Below, piece by piece: positions 7,951 to 16,567 of a DNA stretch of 32,155 bases. How positions within the stretch are numbered: the first letter of the stretch is position 1; each line of letters begins with the position of its first letter. The DNA lies in contig JBGPNV010000003.1 in NCBI GenBank assembly GCA_041487695.1, positions 1 through 32,155 of the forward strand, read 5' to 3'. A model generated the notes under the pieces. The model ran no database searches and was not told the origin of the DNA. It saw only the letters and a list, made by a program, of their open reading frames with translations. The stretch comes from Thermoplasmata archaeon. Its GTDB lineage: Archaea > Thermoplasmatota > DTKX01 > DATEUP01. The translations under genes and the position numbers were made by a program.

Positions 7951-9662
7951 ACTCCCCGCAACGTGACACCAAACGAGAAGGTGAGCGGGTCGCCGCTCAG
8001 CATGAGGACGGTGCCGTCGAGTCGCCACGTCCCGGGCTGCGAGAGGGCCGGAGTGTCCGTGAAGAAGTGGTTGCCGTGGGGCCCGTCGAACGCGACGGGG
8101 TTCGGAGGAAGCGTGCTGTTTTGCAACGTGAAGCGCACCGAAAGATTCGTCGCGCCGTCGAACTCGGCGCCCGTCGAGGCGTTCCAGAGGGTGATCTGAA
8201 GGCTGTACACTTGGGGGACGGACGGTGTGGGGTCGCACGTGAGGTCGAAGCGGACGGCGCCCTGGGTTTGGTGCAGCACAAAGGGTTCGGGGGCCGCGGG
8301 GGGCGGGGCGGCCGCTGGCGAAAGGGCCGTGAGCAGGCCCGCCAGGACGAGGATGCAGGCGCCGAGCAGGACCTCGAAGCGCACGCGCGCGAGGATGTGT
8401 CGCACGGCCGGCGCGCGCTTCGAAGGCCGTTCGAGCTTGGGGACATGGCGGAAGTGGTTCCAGGCGCCGAGGGCCGCAAGCGGGACGAAGAGCAGGGCCT
8501 TCAGGAGGACGACGTTGCCAAAGGCCGTCGAGAAGAGGCGGTCGACGGACTTGACCTCGAGGACCGCGAGGGTGAGCCCCGCGAGGAGCGCGAGGACGAC
8601 AGAGCCGGTCGCCAACTTCGAGAACCGTTCGAGGGCCGGGGCCGCAACCTCGGCCGTGTGGGGGGCGTTCAAGGCGGCGCGCACCACGGCAAGGGCGAAG
8701 AGGCCGCCCACCCAGGTCGTGACGGCGCTCAGGTGCGCCGCGTCGAGGAGGGCCCCCCAAGCGCGCAGGTTCGCGTCGGCGGCCGCATGGCTTGCAGCGC
8801 TCGTGGATGCCACGGCGCCAAGTGCGGCAGCAAGAGCGGAAAGGAGGAGGGGGTCCAGGGCGCGGGCGGGCAGGATGGGGCGGCGGCGGGCAAGGAGGAG
8901 CAGCGCCGCGGCGCCGCCCCCGAAGGCCATGCGCGCAAGCAGCGAGAGATTGAACGGGGTCATGAGCGAGACCGTGGCACCATCGGCGGCCGCCGCGCCG
9001 ACCGAATACGCGAGCCAAGAGAGCGTCACCGCGACAAAGGCGCCTGCGTTCCCGCCGGCCCAAAGGAGGAGGAAGCGCAACGTGACAAGGCTGCGCGCCC
9101 GGCTTTCCTCGTCGCCGCGGCGCGCGGCGGGGGCCCAGACGAGGGCGGCAAGTGCCGCGCCGCCGACGGCGAGCGCAAGAGTGAAGTAGGCCGCGATGCG
9201 CAAGGCGACCTGCGCCGGCGCGGGCGTGTCGGACTCCGACGGCCCGCCGGCCTGGAGTGTGCCGTTGATGCTGCCGTTGGCGTCGGGGATGGCGAAGGAA
9301 AAGGACCCGGCGTTGTAGTGGCCGTCGACCGCGGAAGTCCCCGACCAAACCACGGTGTAGACGCCCGGGCTCAAAGGGCCGAGGTCCGTCTGGATCACGC
9401 GAGCGTCCGCCGACGAGACCCGAGTGCCGTTCGCGTCGTGGCGCGTGCCCGTGCTGTCCGTGACGCGGATGCTCGCGCTGCCCTGCGCGACGTCCTCCGT
9501 GAGCGAGACCGAGACGTTGAGGGGAGCCTGATCAAGGATCTGGTTGGGCCTTGGCGCCGAGGTAACAAAGAGCGCGTGGCCCATCGCCGGCGCGGCAAGG
9601 GCGAGCAAAACGACCGCGAGGCCCAAGGCCGCGACCGGTGCTTGCCTTCCCATGATCCTCAT
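7947..9662 (-). CDS. copCD: CopC/CopD fusion copper transport protein with C-terminal soluble (YtkA/FixH-like) domain
   Basis: Signal peptide then HA, CopC motif GVYTVVW..SAVDGH..GSFSF, CopD TM region with SHAA, H..A...WVGGL, RFS and FG.VVLLK. Confidence 0.88.
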   Translation of the reverse strand: MRIMGRQAPVAALGLAVVLLALAAPAMGHALFVTSAPRPNQILDQAPLNVSVSLTEDVAQGSASIRVTDSTGTRHDANGTRVSSADARVIQTDLGPLSPGVYTVVWSGTSAVDGHYNAGSFSFAIPDANGSINGTLQAGGPSESDTPAPAQVALRIAAYFTLALAVGGAALAALVWAPAARRGDEESRARSLVTLRFLLLWAGGNAGAFVAVTLSWLAYSVGAAAADGATVSLMTPFNLSLLARMAFGGGAAALLLLARRRPILPARALDPLLLSALAAALGAVASTSAASHAAADANLRAWGALLDAAHLSAVTTWVGGLFALAVVRAALNAPHTAEVAAPALERFSKLATGSVVLALLAGLTLAVLEVKSVDRLFSTAFGNVVLLKALLFVPLAALGAWNHFRHVPKLERPSKRAPAVRHILARVRFEVLLGACILVLAGLLTALSPAAAPPPAAPEPFVLHQTQGAVRFDLTCDPTPSVPQVYSLQITLWNASTGAEFDGATNLSVRFTLQNSTLPPNPVAFDGPHGNHFFTDTPALSQPGTWRLDGTVLMLSGDPLTFSFGVTLRGV

Positions 9663-10378
9663 CCGCTCTTCGGAGGCGTGCGCCTGCCCCTCATCGCGAG
9701 GCCCGCGCCCGCGGCCCCCGCGAGGATGCCGACAACCGCCAGCAGCTCCGCGAGGGTGGCCGTGGATTTGAGGGATTCGTTGTCTGCCCGCAGTTGGGCG
9801 ACCTGCGCGGCGAGGGCCCCGCTGCTGCTGTTCGCCTCGAGGGCGCCGACGCGCGCCCCGAGCGTCGCTACCGACCCTGCGGCGGCCGCGATCGACGCTT
9901 CGAGCGCCGGGGCCGAAGGCGCCGGCAGGGGGAACCCGAGGTCCTCGCGGGCCACCGCGTCCTCCAAGGTCGCAGTCACGTTGATGGCCGTGCCGTTCAG
10001 CGTCCCGGTGATGCGGACGCTGTAGGGGCCCGCCTGCGTGGGGATGAAGTCGAAGGTGTACCAGCCGGGCCGGTCTTCCTGGGGCGCGAGCGCCATGGGC
10101 CTCGAGTGCGAGCCAAAGATCAGGAGCGCGCTGAGGTCCAATTGCGCGCCCTCGACGGGGGCCGAGGAGTTGTTCGCAATGTCCCTAGTGTTCACGTTGA
10201 AGTCGAGCCCGTTCATCTCGTCCACGACCGCGGGCTCGGAGGTCCACCCCACGACCAGGTCATAGGGGTCGGCCGGGTAGTGCTCGTGGGCCGCGGCGGG
10301 AAGAGCGGCCATTGCGAGGGCGGCAAGCGCGGTCAGCGATAGGCTTGCAACGGTAAGGGACACCCGCGAGGCGTGCAT
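9659..10378 (-). CDS. Exported membrane-anchored protein with N-terminal His motif (putative Cu-binding)
   Basis: Signal peptide AAA|HEHY..DLVVGW..EP, Ig-like domain (GWY..F.PT..G.Y), coiled coil and C-terminal TM. ATGA-coupled to copCD. Confidence 0.8.
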   Translation of the reverse strand: MHASRVSLTVASLSLTALAALAMAALPAAAHEHYPADPYDLVVGWTSEPAVVDEMNGLDFNVNTRDIANNSSAPVEGAQLDLSALLIFGSHSRPMALAPQEDRPGWYTFDFIPTQAGPYSVRITGTLNGTAINVTATLEDAVAREDLGFPLPAPSAPALEASIAAAAGSVATLGARVGALEANSSSGALAAQVAQLRADNESLKSTATLAELLAVVGILAGAAGAGLAMRGRRTPPKSG

Positions 10379-10410
10379 GGGTTCGCGTGAACTCGGGCGT
10401 CATAACGCGT

Positions 10411-10421
10411 TTGTGGCACAA
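10411..10421. promoter_or_regulatory. Palindromic operator candidate TTGTG-G-CACAA between the divergent copper operon and regulator pair
   Basis: Perfect inverted repeat in the 117-bp divergent intergenic region. Confidence 0.4.
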
Positions 10422-10495
10422 TCCTAAACCGCCTTGCCCCCAAGTGAGCGCAAGGCTTAAGGCGCGCGCCGGGCAGGGGAGAGGGAGGACTCCGC

Positions 10496-10798
10496 GTGAC
10501 CATGCACCTCATGTTGGAGGTCTTCGCGGCGGCCTTCGCCCTCGTCCCCCTGACGGCCCTTTTCATGGGCTGGCGCCGGACGGGCTCTGCCCGCCTCGCC
10601 CTCGCGATGGCGGCTTTTGCCGTGCTCGAAGTCCGGCTCGTCGCGATGATCCTTGTCCACACCGTCGTATGGGTTGACCACCCAACCGAAGAATTGATTG
10701 AGTTTGGCGGTGACCTCGCGGTGATCGCGGCCTTTGCCGCCGCGTTCCTGAAAGACGGGAGGCTGCTCCGTGAGCGTGCTCGTGTCAAACCCGCGTGA
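10496..10798 (+). CDS. Small three-TM membrane protein
   Basis: GGAGG SD, three hydrophobic segments, RRTGS..L loop. Overlaps the downstream wHTH gene. Confidence 0.75.
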   Translation: MTMHLMLEVFAAAFALVPLTALFMGWRRTGSARLALAMAAFAVLEVRLVAMILVHTVVWVDHPTEELIEFGGDLAVIAAFAAAFLKDGRLLRERARVKPA

Positions 10799-11279
10799 GC
10801 GGCTCCGCGCGCTCGTCGCGCGCGAGCCGGGGCTCCACCTTCGCGAGATCCCCCGGCGGGCCGAGCTCTCGCTCTCCGCCGTGCGCTACCACCTCCAGGG
10901 GCTCGCGGCCGAGGGCGCCGTCGTCGGCGAGCGCGCGAGCGGCTATGTGCGCTACTTCCCGTCGTCGGCGTTCTCGAAGGCCGAGCGCGCGGTGCTCGCC
11001 GCCGCGCGCGTGAAAGGGCAGCGCCTCGTGCTTGAGGCCCTGTTTGCCAAGGGCCCCCTTATGTTCGAAGGCCTCCGCAGCTGCACGGGGCTCTCGAAGG
11101 GCTCACTCCATTGGCATCTGAGGAGGCTCGCCGCAGGCGGGGCGGTCGAAGTCGGCGAGGCCGGCCGGGTCTCGCTTGTCAATCGGGCTGCCGTCGAGAT
11201 GGCCCTTGCAATCACGCGCCCCTCGGCGGCCGACACCGTCGCCGACGCAGCGGTCGAGATCTTCGACCCGAAAGCCTAG
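10770..11279 (+). CDS. Double winged helix-turn-helix transcriptional regulator
   Basis: PGLHLREI...LS..AVRYHL..L first wHTH and GLSKGSLHWHL..L second wHTH. Confidence 0.85.
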   Translation: MSVLVSNPRERLRALVAREPGLHLREIPRRAELSLSAVRYHLQGLAAEGAVVGERASGYVRYFPSSAFSKAERAVLAAARVKGQRLVLEALFAKGPLMFEGLRSCTGLSKGSLHWHLRRLAAGGAVEVGEAGRVSLVNRAAVEMALAITRPSAADTVADAAVEIFDPKA

Positions 11280-11305
11280 CGCCTCCTCCAGGGGGAAGGG
11301 TTGCC

Positions 11306-12595
11306 ATGAAAGCGTTCTGGGGGTTGGGCCTCCTCGCGGCCTTCGGCGCGCTTTGCCTTTTTGCCGCGCCGGCCAGCGCGACGCATTGGACGGGGTCCGG
11401 GACGCTTGCGCCGCTCGCGGCCTTCTCGGGCGAAACGGTGCACTTTGCCTTTGTGCTCAACAACTCCGCCAACGAGACCCTCTCCGTGATCGGTGCGACG
11501 ATGGTCGCCTGCTGGCACGGGTCGGGCCCCGGGTCCGACCTCAAGGCCGACGACGGCACGAACCTGACGGTACCCGCCTCATCGAGCACGCGCATCGAAG
11601 CCGACGTCGGCGTGCCGCCCCTTGCCCCGGGCCTTTGCCACACGACCGTGGTCGTCCACGCGCAGGCGGCGTCGGACCCCTCGCCCGGGTACGGCGACTA
11701 CCACTTCGACGTGAACTACTCGACACGCCCGGCGGTCACCCTCGCCCTCAACGCGTCCCCTCTCGAGGGCGCGCCGGGGCTCAACGTCACCTTCGCGGCC
11801 ACGGTGGGTGGGGGCCAGAGCCCCTACAACCTCACGTGGCAGTTCGGGGACGGGACGATGGGCTCGGGGGCCTCCGTCGTCCACCTCTACGCCCGGGTCG
11901 GCCGGTTCAACGCCACCGCGGTGGCAGAAGACGCGCGGGGGTCGCGGCAGTCCCGAAGCGTCGAGGTCTGGGTCTTTTCGGGCCTCTCCGTGACAGCCAG
12001 CGCGATCCCCACGGTCGGGCAGGCCCCGCTCACGGTCGCGTTTGTGGGCAATGCCGGCGGGGCCTACGGGGCGCTCGGCATTGGCTGGCAGTTCGGGGAC
12101 GGGGTGAACGGCACGGGGTTCCGCCCCTCCCACGTCTTCCTCCAACCTGGCTCGTACACCGTCCGATTCTGGGCCGTCGATGAGGCGGGCGCCGAGGCCA
12201 ACGCCACGGTCGTCGTGCACGTGCTCACGCCGATGAACGTGACGATCGCGGTAACGCCAGGTGCCGACGGTTCGACCTTCACGTTCGCCGCCACGGTGGT
12301 CGGCGGCGGCGCGAACCTCTCCTTCCACTGGTCCTTCAGCGACGGGGGATTCGCCTCGGGCGCGGAGGTGAGCCACCGGTTCGCCGCGAGCGGGGGCTTC
12401 CGCGTCTCCGTCCATGTCATCGACAGTGCTTCGGGGGGCTTTGCGACGGCGAACGCGACGGGCAACGCGAATGGATCGCCCGCGGCGCCCCCGAGTCCGC
12501 GCTCACCGGGCTTCGATGGGCTCGGCGCGGCCGCCGCGCTTTCGGCGGCCGGGCTTTTCGTCGCCCTTCGGGGCCGCGCCGCGGCGCGCCGGTGA
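11306..12595 (+). CDS. PKD-domain cell-surface protein with PGF-CTERM-like sorting signal
   Basis: Signal peptide, three PKD motifs (WQFGDG twice, WSFSDG), and a C-terminal SPGF + hydrophobic + RR tail typical of archaeosortase A substrates. Confidence 0.88.
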   Translation: MKAFWGLGLLAAFGALCLFAAPASATHWTGSGTLAPLAAFSGETVHFAFVLNNSANETLSVIGATMVACWHGSGPGSDLKADDGTNLTVPASSSTRIEADVGVPPLAPGLCHTTVVVHAQAASDPSPGYGDYHFDVNYSTRPAVTLALNASPLEGAPGLNVTFAATVGGGQSPYNLTWQFGDGTMGSGASVVHLYARVGRFNATAVAEDARGSRQSRSVEVWVFSGLSVTASAIPTVGQAPLTVAFVGNAGGAYGALGIGWQFGDGVNGTGFRPSHVFLQPGSYTVRFWAVDEAGAEANATVVVHVLTPMNVTIAVTPGADGSTFTFAATVVGGGANLSFHWSFSDGGFASGAEVSHRFAASGGFRVSVHVIDSASGGFATANATGNANGSPAAPPSPRSPGFDGLGAAAALSAAGLFVALRGRAAARR

Positions 12596-12689
12596 CGCCG
12601 ACGAGGGCTTTCGCTCACCCCCCGCTTCGAGCCTTATATGCCGGCCGCGCTAGGGTGGGTTGGCGGGGTCATGAAGTATAGGCGAGCCC

Positions 12690-13472
12690 TCAGCGGGGCG
12701 CCTCGAAGCGCCGCTCGAGCTCCGCGCGCTCCTTCAGCACCGCCGCAAGCGGCGTTGTTCCAAGGCCCTGGTTGATGCGCGTCATGAAGGCGCGTTGCGC
12801 CTCCAGCAGCCCCTTCTCCCGTGCACCTTGCCCGGCCCCTGACCTAGCAAGCTCCCTCGCGCGCCTTGAAAGGACGAGGCAGAGGGCGTCGAAAACCGCG
12901 GCCTCGAGCGGTCCCATCTCGATGGCCCACACCTCCTCGCCGCCTGCGAGAGAGGCGGCCGGCGTGAGCCCCCGCTCACGCATCGCACGGTCGAGCTCGG
13001 CCCACCATGCATCGACGTCGCGGGCAAGCGCCTCGTCTTCGCGGCCGCCCGCAAGGGCGCGCGCGGCGAGCCGCTCGGCGCCCTCGAGCCTCTGGAGGTA
13101 GAGGGCCTCCATCGCGCATGCGGCGCGGATCGGCTCGATCTCGTGGACGCGGTGCCGCCTTGCGACGAACTCCATGAAAAGCGCGAGCGAACGCGGCGTC
13201 AACCGCGTGACGGGCCCCGCGAAGGGCCCCTGCGTGATGCTGTAGTCGAAAAGGAACACCCACAGGTCGCGCTCCGCGGCGTCCTCGGGCATCTTCGGAT
13301 AGGTGTTGGCGAGGAACTCCACAAACAGGTACGCGTTGTCCGCATGGAGGTGCGCCTCGGTCTTGTCCATCCGGCCGCCGGCGTCGAGGGCGCTCGCGAA
13401 GGCCTCGACCTCTCGGGCCGCCGCGAGGTGAACGGTGTCGAAGGGGTCTTCGGGCTGCACGGGCAAGGTCAC
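12690..13472 (-). CDS. Hypothetical protein; N-terminal half resembles an integrase core-binding (SAM-like) helical domain
   Basis: Host-like codon usage. GTG at 13472 is chosen because the upstream ORF extension runs through tRNA-Gly. Domain resemblance is by eye only. Confidence 0.65.
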   Translation of the reverse strand: MTLPVQPEDPFDTVHLAAAREVEAFASALDAGGRMDKTEAHLHADNAYLFVEFLANTYPKMPEDAAERDLWVFLFDYSITQGPFAGPVTRLTPRSLALFMEFVARRHRVHEIEPIRAACAMEALYLQRLEGAERLAARALAGGREDEALARDVDAWWAELDRAMRERGLTPAASLAGGEEVWAIEMGPLEAAVFDALCLVLSRRARELARSGAGQGAREKGLLEAQRAFMTRINQGLGTTPLAAVLKERAELERRFEAPR

Positions 13473-13532
13473 CTCGTCCCCAAGCCAAAAAGGGTGGCCG
13501 ACGGGGGCGCCCTCCCGAGGGGGCGAAGTGTC

Positions 13533-13538
13533 TTTAAG
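13533..13538 (+). promoter_or_regulatory. TATA box of tRNA-Gly
   Basis: TTTAAG about 30 nt upstream of the tRNA. Confidence 0.55.
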
Positions 13539-13568
13539 CGGCGCCCCGCGTTTTCCGCTCGGCCCCAA

Positions 13569-13641
13569 GCAGGCGTAGTCTAGCTGGTCAGGACTTCGGC
13601 CTTCCAAGCCGATGACCCGGGTTCGAATCCCGGCGCCTGCA
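13569..13641 (+). tRNA. tRNA-Gly(TCC)
   Basis: Acceptor GCAGGCG/CGCCTGC, anticodon stem TCGGC/GCCGA with TCC at 13603-13605, T arm CCGGG-TTCGAAT-CCCGG. No encoded CCA. Confidence 0.96.
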
Positions 13642-13691
13642 TACTTTTCACTTCTGGCTCTAGCGGTCATGAGCGGGGGATTGAAAGCGCT

Positions 13692-13718
13692 CCGTTGTCC
13701 CCTTTCGCCTGCCCCCCG
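13692..13718 (+). repeat. Partial copy (right-hand box) of the island repeat
   Basis: CCGTTGTCCCCTTTCGCCTGCCCCCC matches CTGTTGTCCCTTTTGCCCGCCCC of the full repeats. It lies about 50 nt after the tRNA end. Confidence 0.6.
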
Positions 13719-13799
13719 AGGAGGGGGGCGGGCTCTTTCCGTCCCCCGTCTTCCCCAATGACCAAACTCAAATACCGCAGTGGAGGAGATGTCCCCCGC

Positions 13800-14510
13800 A
13801 TGGAGAATAAGCCCGCAGCGCCCGCTGATCAGCCCGCGTCCGTCGCGAGCGTCCTGCTTTTGCCCCTTCTAGCTACCGGGGCTGCTGGTTTCGAGATGGC
13901 CCTCGCATTTCTGTACGTTTACATTGATCCCTTCCCAAATATCATGCTCGGGTTTCTGTTTGCAACGTTTCCCCTCGTCGCGGGCATGGCAATCTACCGA
14001 CCTACCTTGGCTCGCCCGGAACCCAAGGGGGCGGCCGCCCAGACGTTCGGTGGCCGCGCCAGGTGGTTGGGGATGATTACCGTAGCGTCCTGGGGAATGG
14101 GTGTCCTCGTAATCTCAAGCCCCAAGGTTCACCTTTCGGTCCCGATGGCCATATGGACCGGCCTGTTCGGCTCGATGGGGATCGGCGTCGGTTGGGCCCT
14201 TCGCCCGACTCAAGTGACCTTCACGGCTGATGCCGCGGAACTGCGACTCAATGGCCGCATTGAGTGGCGGGTTCCATGGAGCGATGTCACAGAAATCCGC
14301 CGCGGGGGGTCGATCGTCCTGGGCCCGAAGGGCGTACCCGCTTCCCAACCTTGGATACTTCTCGTTAGAACCGGCGGGGATTCCGTGTCGATAGAGTGCG
14401 ACCGGTTGCCGCCATCCGTGTTCAACTGGATCGAGGAGTTCTTGAAGGCCGAAGCGGGGCGCCGCGGAAATGTGCGTTGGACCAGCTCTGTGCGTCCTGC
14501 GCAATCTTGA
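13800..14510 (+). CDS. Membrane protein (4 TM) with C-terminal bacterial PH-like domain
   Basis: GGAGGA SD before ATG 13800, four hydrophobic helices, VPWSDVTEI motif. Visibly more A/T at third codon positions than the backbone genes. Confidence 0.7.
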   Translation: MENKPAAPADQPASVASVLLLPLLATGAAGFEMALAFLYVYIDPFPNIMLGFLFATFPLVAGMAIYRPTLARPEPKGAAAQTFGGRARWLGMITVASWGMGVLVISSPKVHLSVPMAIWTGLFGSMGIGVGWALRPTQVTFTADAAELRLNGRIEWRVPWSDVTEIRRGGSIVLGPKGVPASQPWILLVRTGGDSVSIECDRLPPSVFNWIEEFLKAEAGRRGNVRWTSSVRPAQS

Positions 14511-14589
14511 TACCTCGCCTTGGGTTCCCGAGAGCCCGCTCGAAGGTGCCGAAGACTTGAACGTCGCGGCCCTGCGCACCCCTTTCGAA

Positions 14590-14685
14590 TGGACAGGAAG
14601 AGGGCTGCTCGCCCCCCCACCCTGGCTGCTCCTCGCAAGCCCTGGCTTTTGCACCGCGCCCTGTTGTCCCTTTTGCCCGCCCCTC
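14590..14685 (+). repeat. ~96-bp intergenic repeat, copy 1
   Basis: TGGACAGGAAG...CCCTGGCTGCTCCTCGCAAGCCCTGGCTTTTGCACC...CCCTGTTGTCCCTTTTGCCCGCCCCTC. About 7 differences from copy 2 by manual alignment. Confidence 0.95.
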
Positions 14686-14752
14686 GTCAGCAATGACCGA
14701 TGGCCCCCTCCCATGAGTGGGTTTCATAACCGGGTCCGGCCTCGTCGTCCCG

Positions 14753-15271
14753 ATGAGCAAGCGCTCGGTGCTCCCCCTCGGCAAGTGGACGGTCTCGGTC
14801 GATGTCGAGGCCACAAGAGCAATCTACGCCAACGAGAAGGCCGGCGCCGACGTGTGCGTCTGCGGCATGTGCAAGAGTTACGGCTCAGTGCGAGCCGTGG
14901 CTATTCCGGCGAGGGGGCGAGCGATGCTCGAGGTCCTCGGGATTGACCCTTCGAAGGAGGAGGAGATCGTCTGGGGCTACCCGGCCGAGGACGGTTACCG
15001 CTTCTTCGAAGGGTGGTTCCACTTTGTGGGCGAGGTGGTGTCGGGCGGCCCGGCGTTCAACGAGAAGGCAGAGCCGCAGCATTGGTGGGATCAGATCACG
15101 GGGCGCTTTGGAATCGGAGTCTCGGCAGGGCGAGGTCTGCCGTGCTTTGAGGCGTTTCGAAAGGGCCATTCGGAGGCCGTTGAGTTCCGGGTGGAGGTTG
15201 CAGAGGCGACGCCGGGTTTCAGGAAGCTGAGGGCCCCGGAGTTTGAGGAGTTGGAGCCACCGGCGCCGTGA
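14753..15271 (+). CDS. Hypothetical protein with CxCxxC motif
   Basis: VDVEAT..Y...CVCGMC...LGIDP.K...GWFHFVG. TTCATAA lies about 24 nt before the ATG (leaderless geometry). Bracketed by repeat copies 1 and 2. Confidence 0.78.
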   Translation: MSKRSVLPLGKWTVSVDVEATRAIYANEKAGADVCVCGMCKSYGSVRAVAIPARGRAMLEVLGIDPSKEEEIVWGYPAEDGYRFFEGWFHFVGEVVSGGPAFNEKAEPQHWWDQITGRFGIGVSAGRGLPCFEAFRKGHSEAVEFRVEVAEATPGFRKLRAPEFEELEPPAP

Positions 15272-15314
15272 GAACCGCTCCGACGTAGGAGTCGACGCCG
15301 GCTCCCTGACCGAG

Positions 15315-15409
15315 TGGACAGAAAGAAGGCTGCTCGCCCCCCCACCCTGGCTGCTCCTCGCAAGCCCCGACTCTTGCACCGCGCCCTGTCGTCCCTTTTG
15401 CCCGCCCTC
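15315..15409 (+). repeat. ~96-bp intergenic repeat, copy 2
   Basis: Direct alignment with 14590..14685. Confidence 0.95.
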
Positions 15410-15490
15410 ACTTCTGCCCGCCGCCACCCGGGGCGTCGGGCGCCCTCCCATTATTTATCTGAGGGCGCCTACAACGAGCGGAGGAGCATC

Positions 15491-15748
15491 ATGGCGGCGC
15501 CCGCTTCACGGAAGACCCATCGGGCGGGGGGCAGGCGTCCACGATCTGCCTCGGCGCGCGGGCGGCTCCCCGGACTCGTGGTCTTTGACGTGGCCAAGTA
15601 CGGCGGCAAATGGGTCGCGACGCGACGCGGCCAAATCGTGGCGGCGGCCGACGACTTCGCCGCTATTCGCAGGGCCGTCCGTGAACTCGGCCTCGAGGAC
15701 GACGCGATCCTCACACGAATCCCCGAAACGGGGGAGTACGCCTATTGA
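15491..15748 (+). CDS. DUF5678-like small protein
   Basis: KYGGKWVA...QIVAAADDF signature. TATTTATC TATA at ~15452 and GGAGGAG SD. Confidence 0.78.
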   Translation: MAAPASRKTHRAGGRRPRSASARGRLPGLVVFDVAKYGGKWVATRRGQIVAAADDFAAIRRAVRELGLEDDAILTRIPETGEYAY

Positions 15749-16233
15749 CGACTCCACGCGACCGGGTCTCGTTCGGGTTCCACGCGTTCCCCTTCTACGG
15801 AATGGCGAGGCCGGAACGGCCCCTCTACTCGGTTCCGCTCTTGCCCATCCGGGTTCGTCCCCCCGGCGGGCCGTGGTCGAACCCGCTGAATGCCGTAATG
15901 GACACGGGGTCAACGCACTCCTACCTTCCCGGCGACATGGCCGGGGAACTGGGGCTTGCCCCTGAAGGAACGGAGGTCGAGCGCAAAGGCTCCGGGGCCA
16001 CATTTGCGGCGCAAGCCGCGCGTTGTGACCTTGCGATTGTCGATGCGGGGTTTCCGACCGTCACCTGCTGGGAACTGTCCGATTTCGAACTATGGGTTCC
16101 GACGAAGCGGGCGTCATTGGAAGTGCCGCTTCTCGGTTGGGACCTGCTGCACCTCTTCGACCTCTCGCTCAGCAGCCACGAGGACCTCATCCGGATGCGG
16201 CTCGCCCCCGCGCCGGCGGCCAGCAGGCGATGA
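15745..16233 (+). CDS. Retropepsin-like aspartyl protease
   Basis: AVMDTGSTHSYLP catalytic motif and PLLGWDLL psi-loop. TTGA overlap with the DUF5678 gene. Confidence 0.85.
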   Translation: MTTPRDRVSFGFHAFPFYGMARPERPLYSVPLLPIRVRPPGGPWSNPLNAVMDTGSTHSYLPGDMAGELGLAPEGTEVERKGSGATFAAQAARCDLAIVDAGFPTVTCWELSDFELWVPTKRASLEVPLLGWDLLHLFDLSLSSHEDLIRMRLAPAPAASRR

Positions 16234-16384
16234 CTTCCCGAGGCCTTGAGGGCCCCGGATCGACGTATTATGGCGAGCGGTTTGAGCTTGTGAAATGCCT
16301 CGTTGCGTGGGCGGATTCGCGTCGTGGGCGGATGAAGCGGGAGCGGACGGGACGGTGTCCTGGGTCGCGACCGCTGGCTCGACG

Positions 16385-16437
16385 GTCAATTTGGGGGTTC
16401 TTGCACGTGGCCCTGTTGTCCCCATTGCCTGCCCCCG
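16385..16437 (+). repeat. Partial copy (right half) of the island repeat
   Basis: GTCAATTTGGGGGTTCTTGCACGTGGCCCTGTTGTCCCATTGCCTGCCCCC aligns to the right half of copies 1-3. Confidence 0.8.
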
Positions 16438-16567
16438 ATTGAGGCACAGGGGTGGGCACGCTCCCGTCAATTTGTGACGGTCAACGTCGCCACAGTTCAA
16501 ACCACGAGAATTGGCGGCCGCGCGCCGCCTGCGCCCCAGAAGGGCGGATCAACAGCTGCGACGACTA

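Noticed and set aside
7863-10025. 720-aa plus-strand ORF and the 5' two-thirds of ORF 7288..9348
   Set aside because: Shadow or alternative frames over the copCD operon with low-complexity Arg/Pro/Gly composition.
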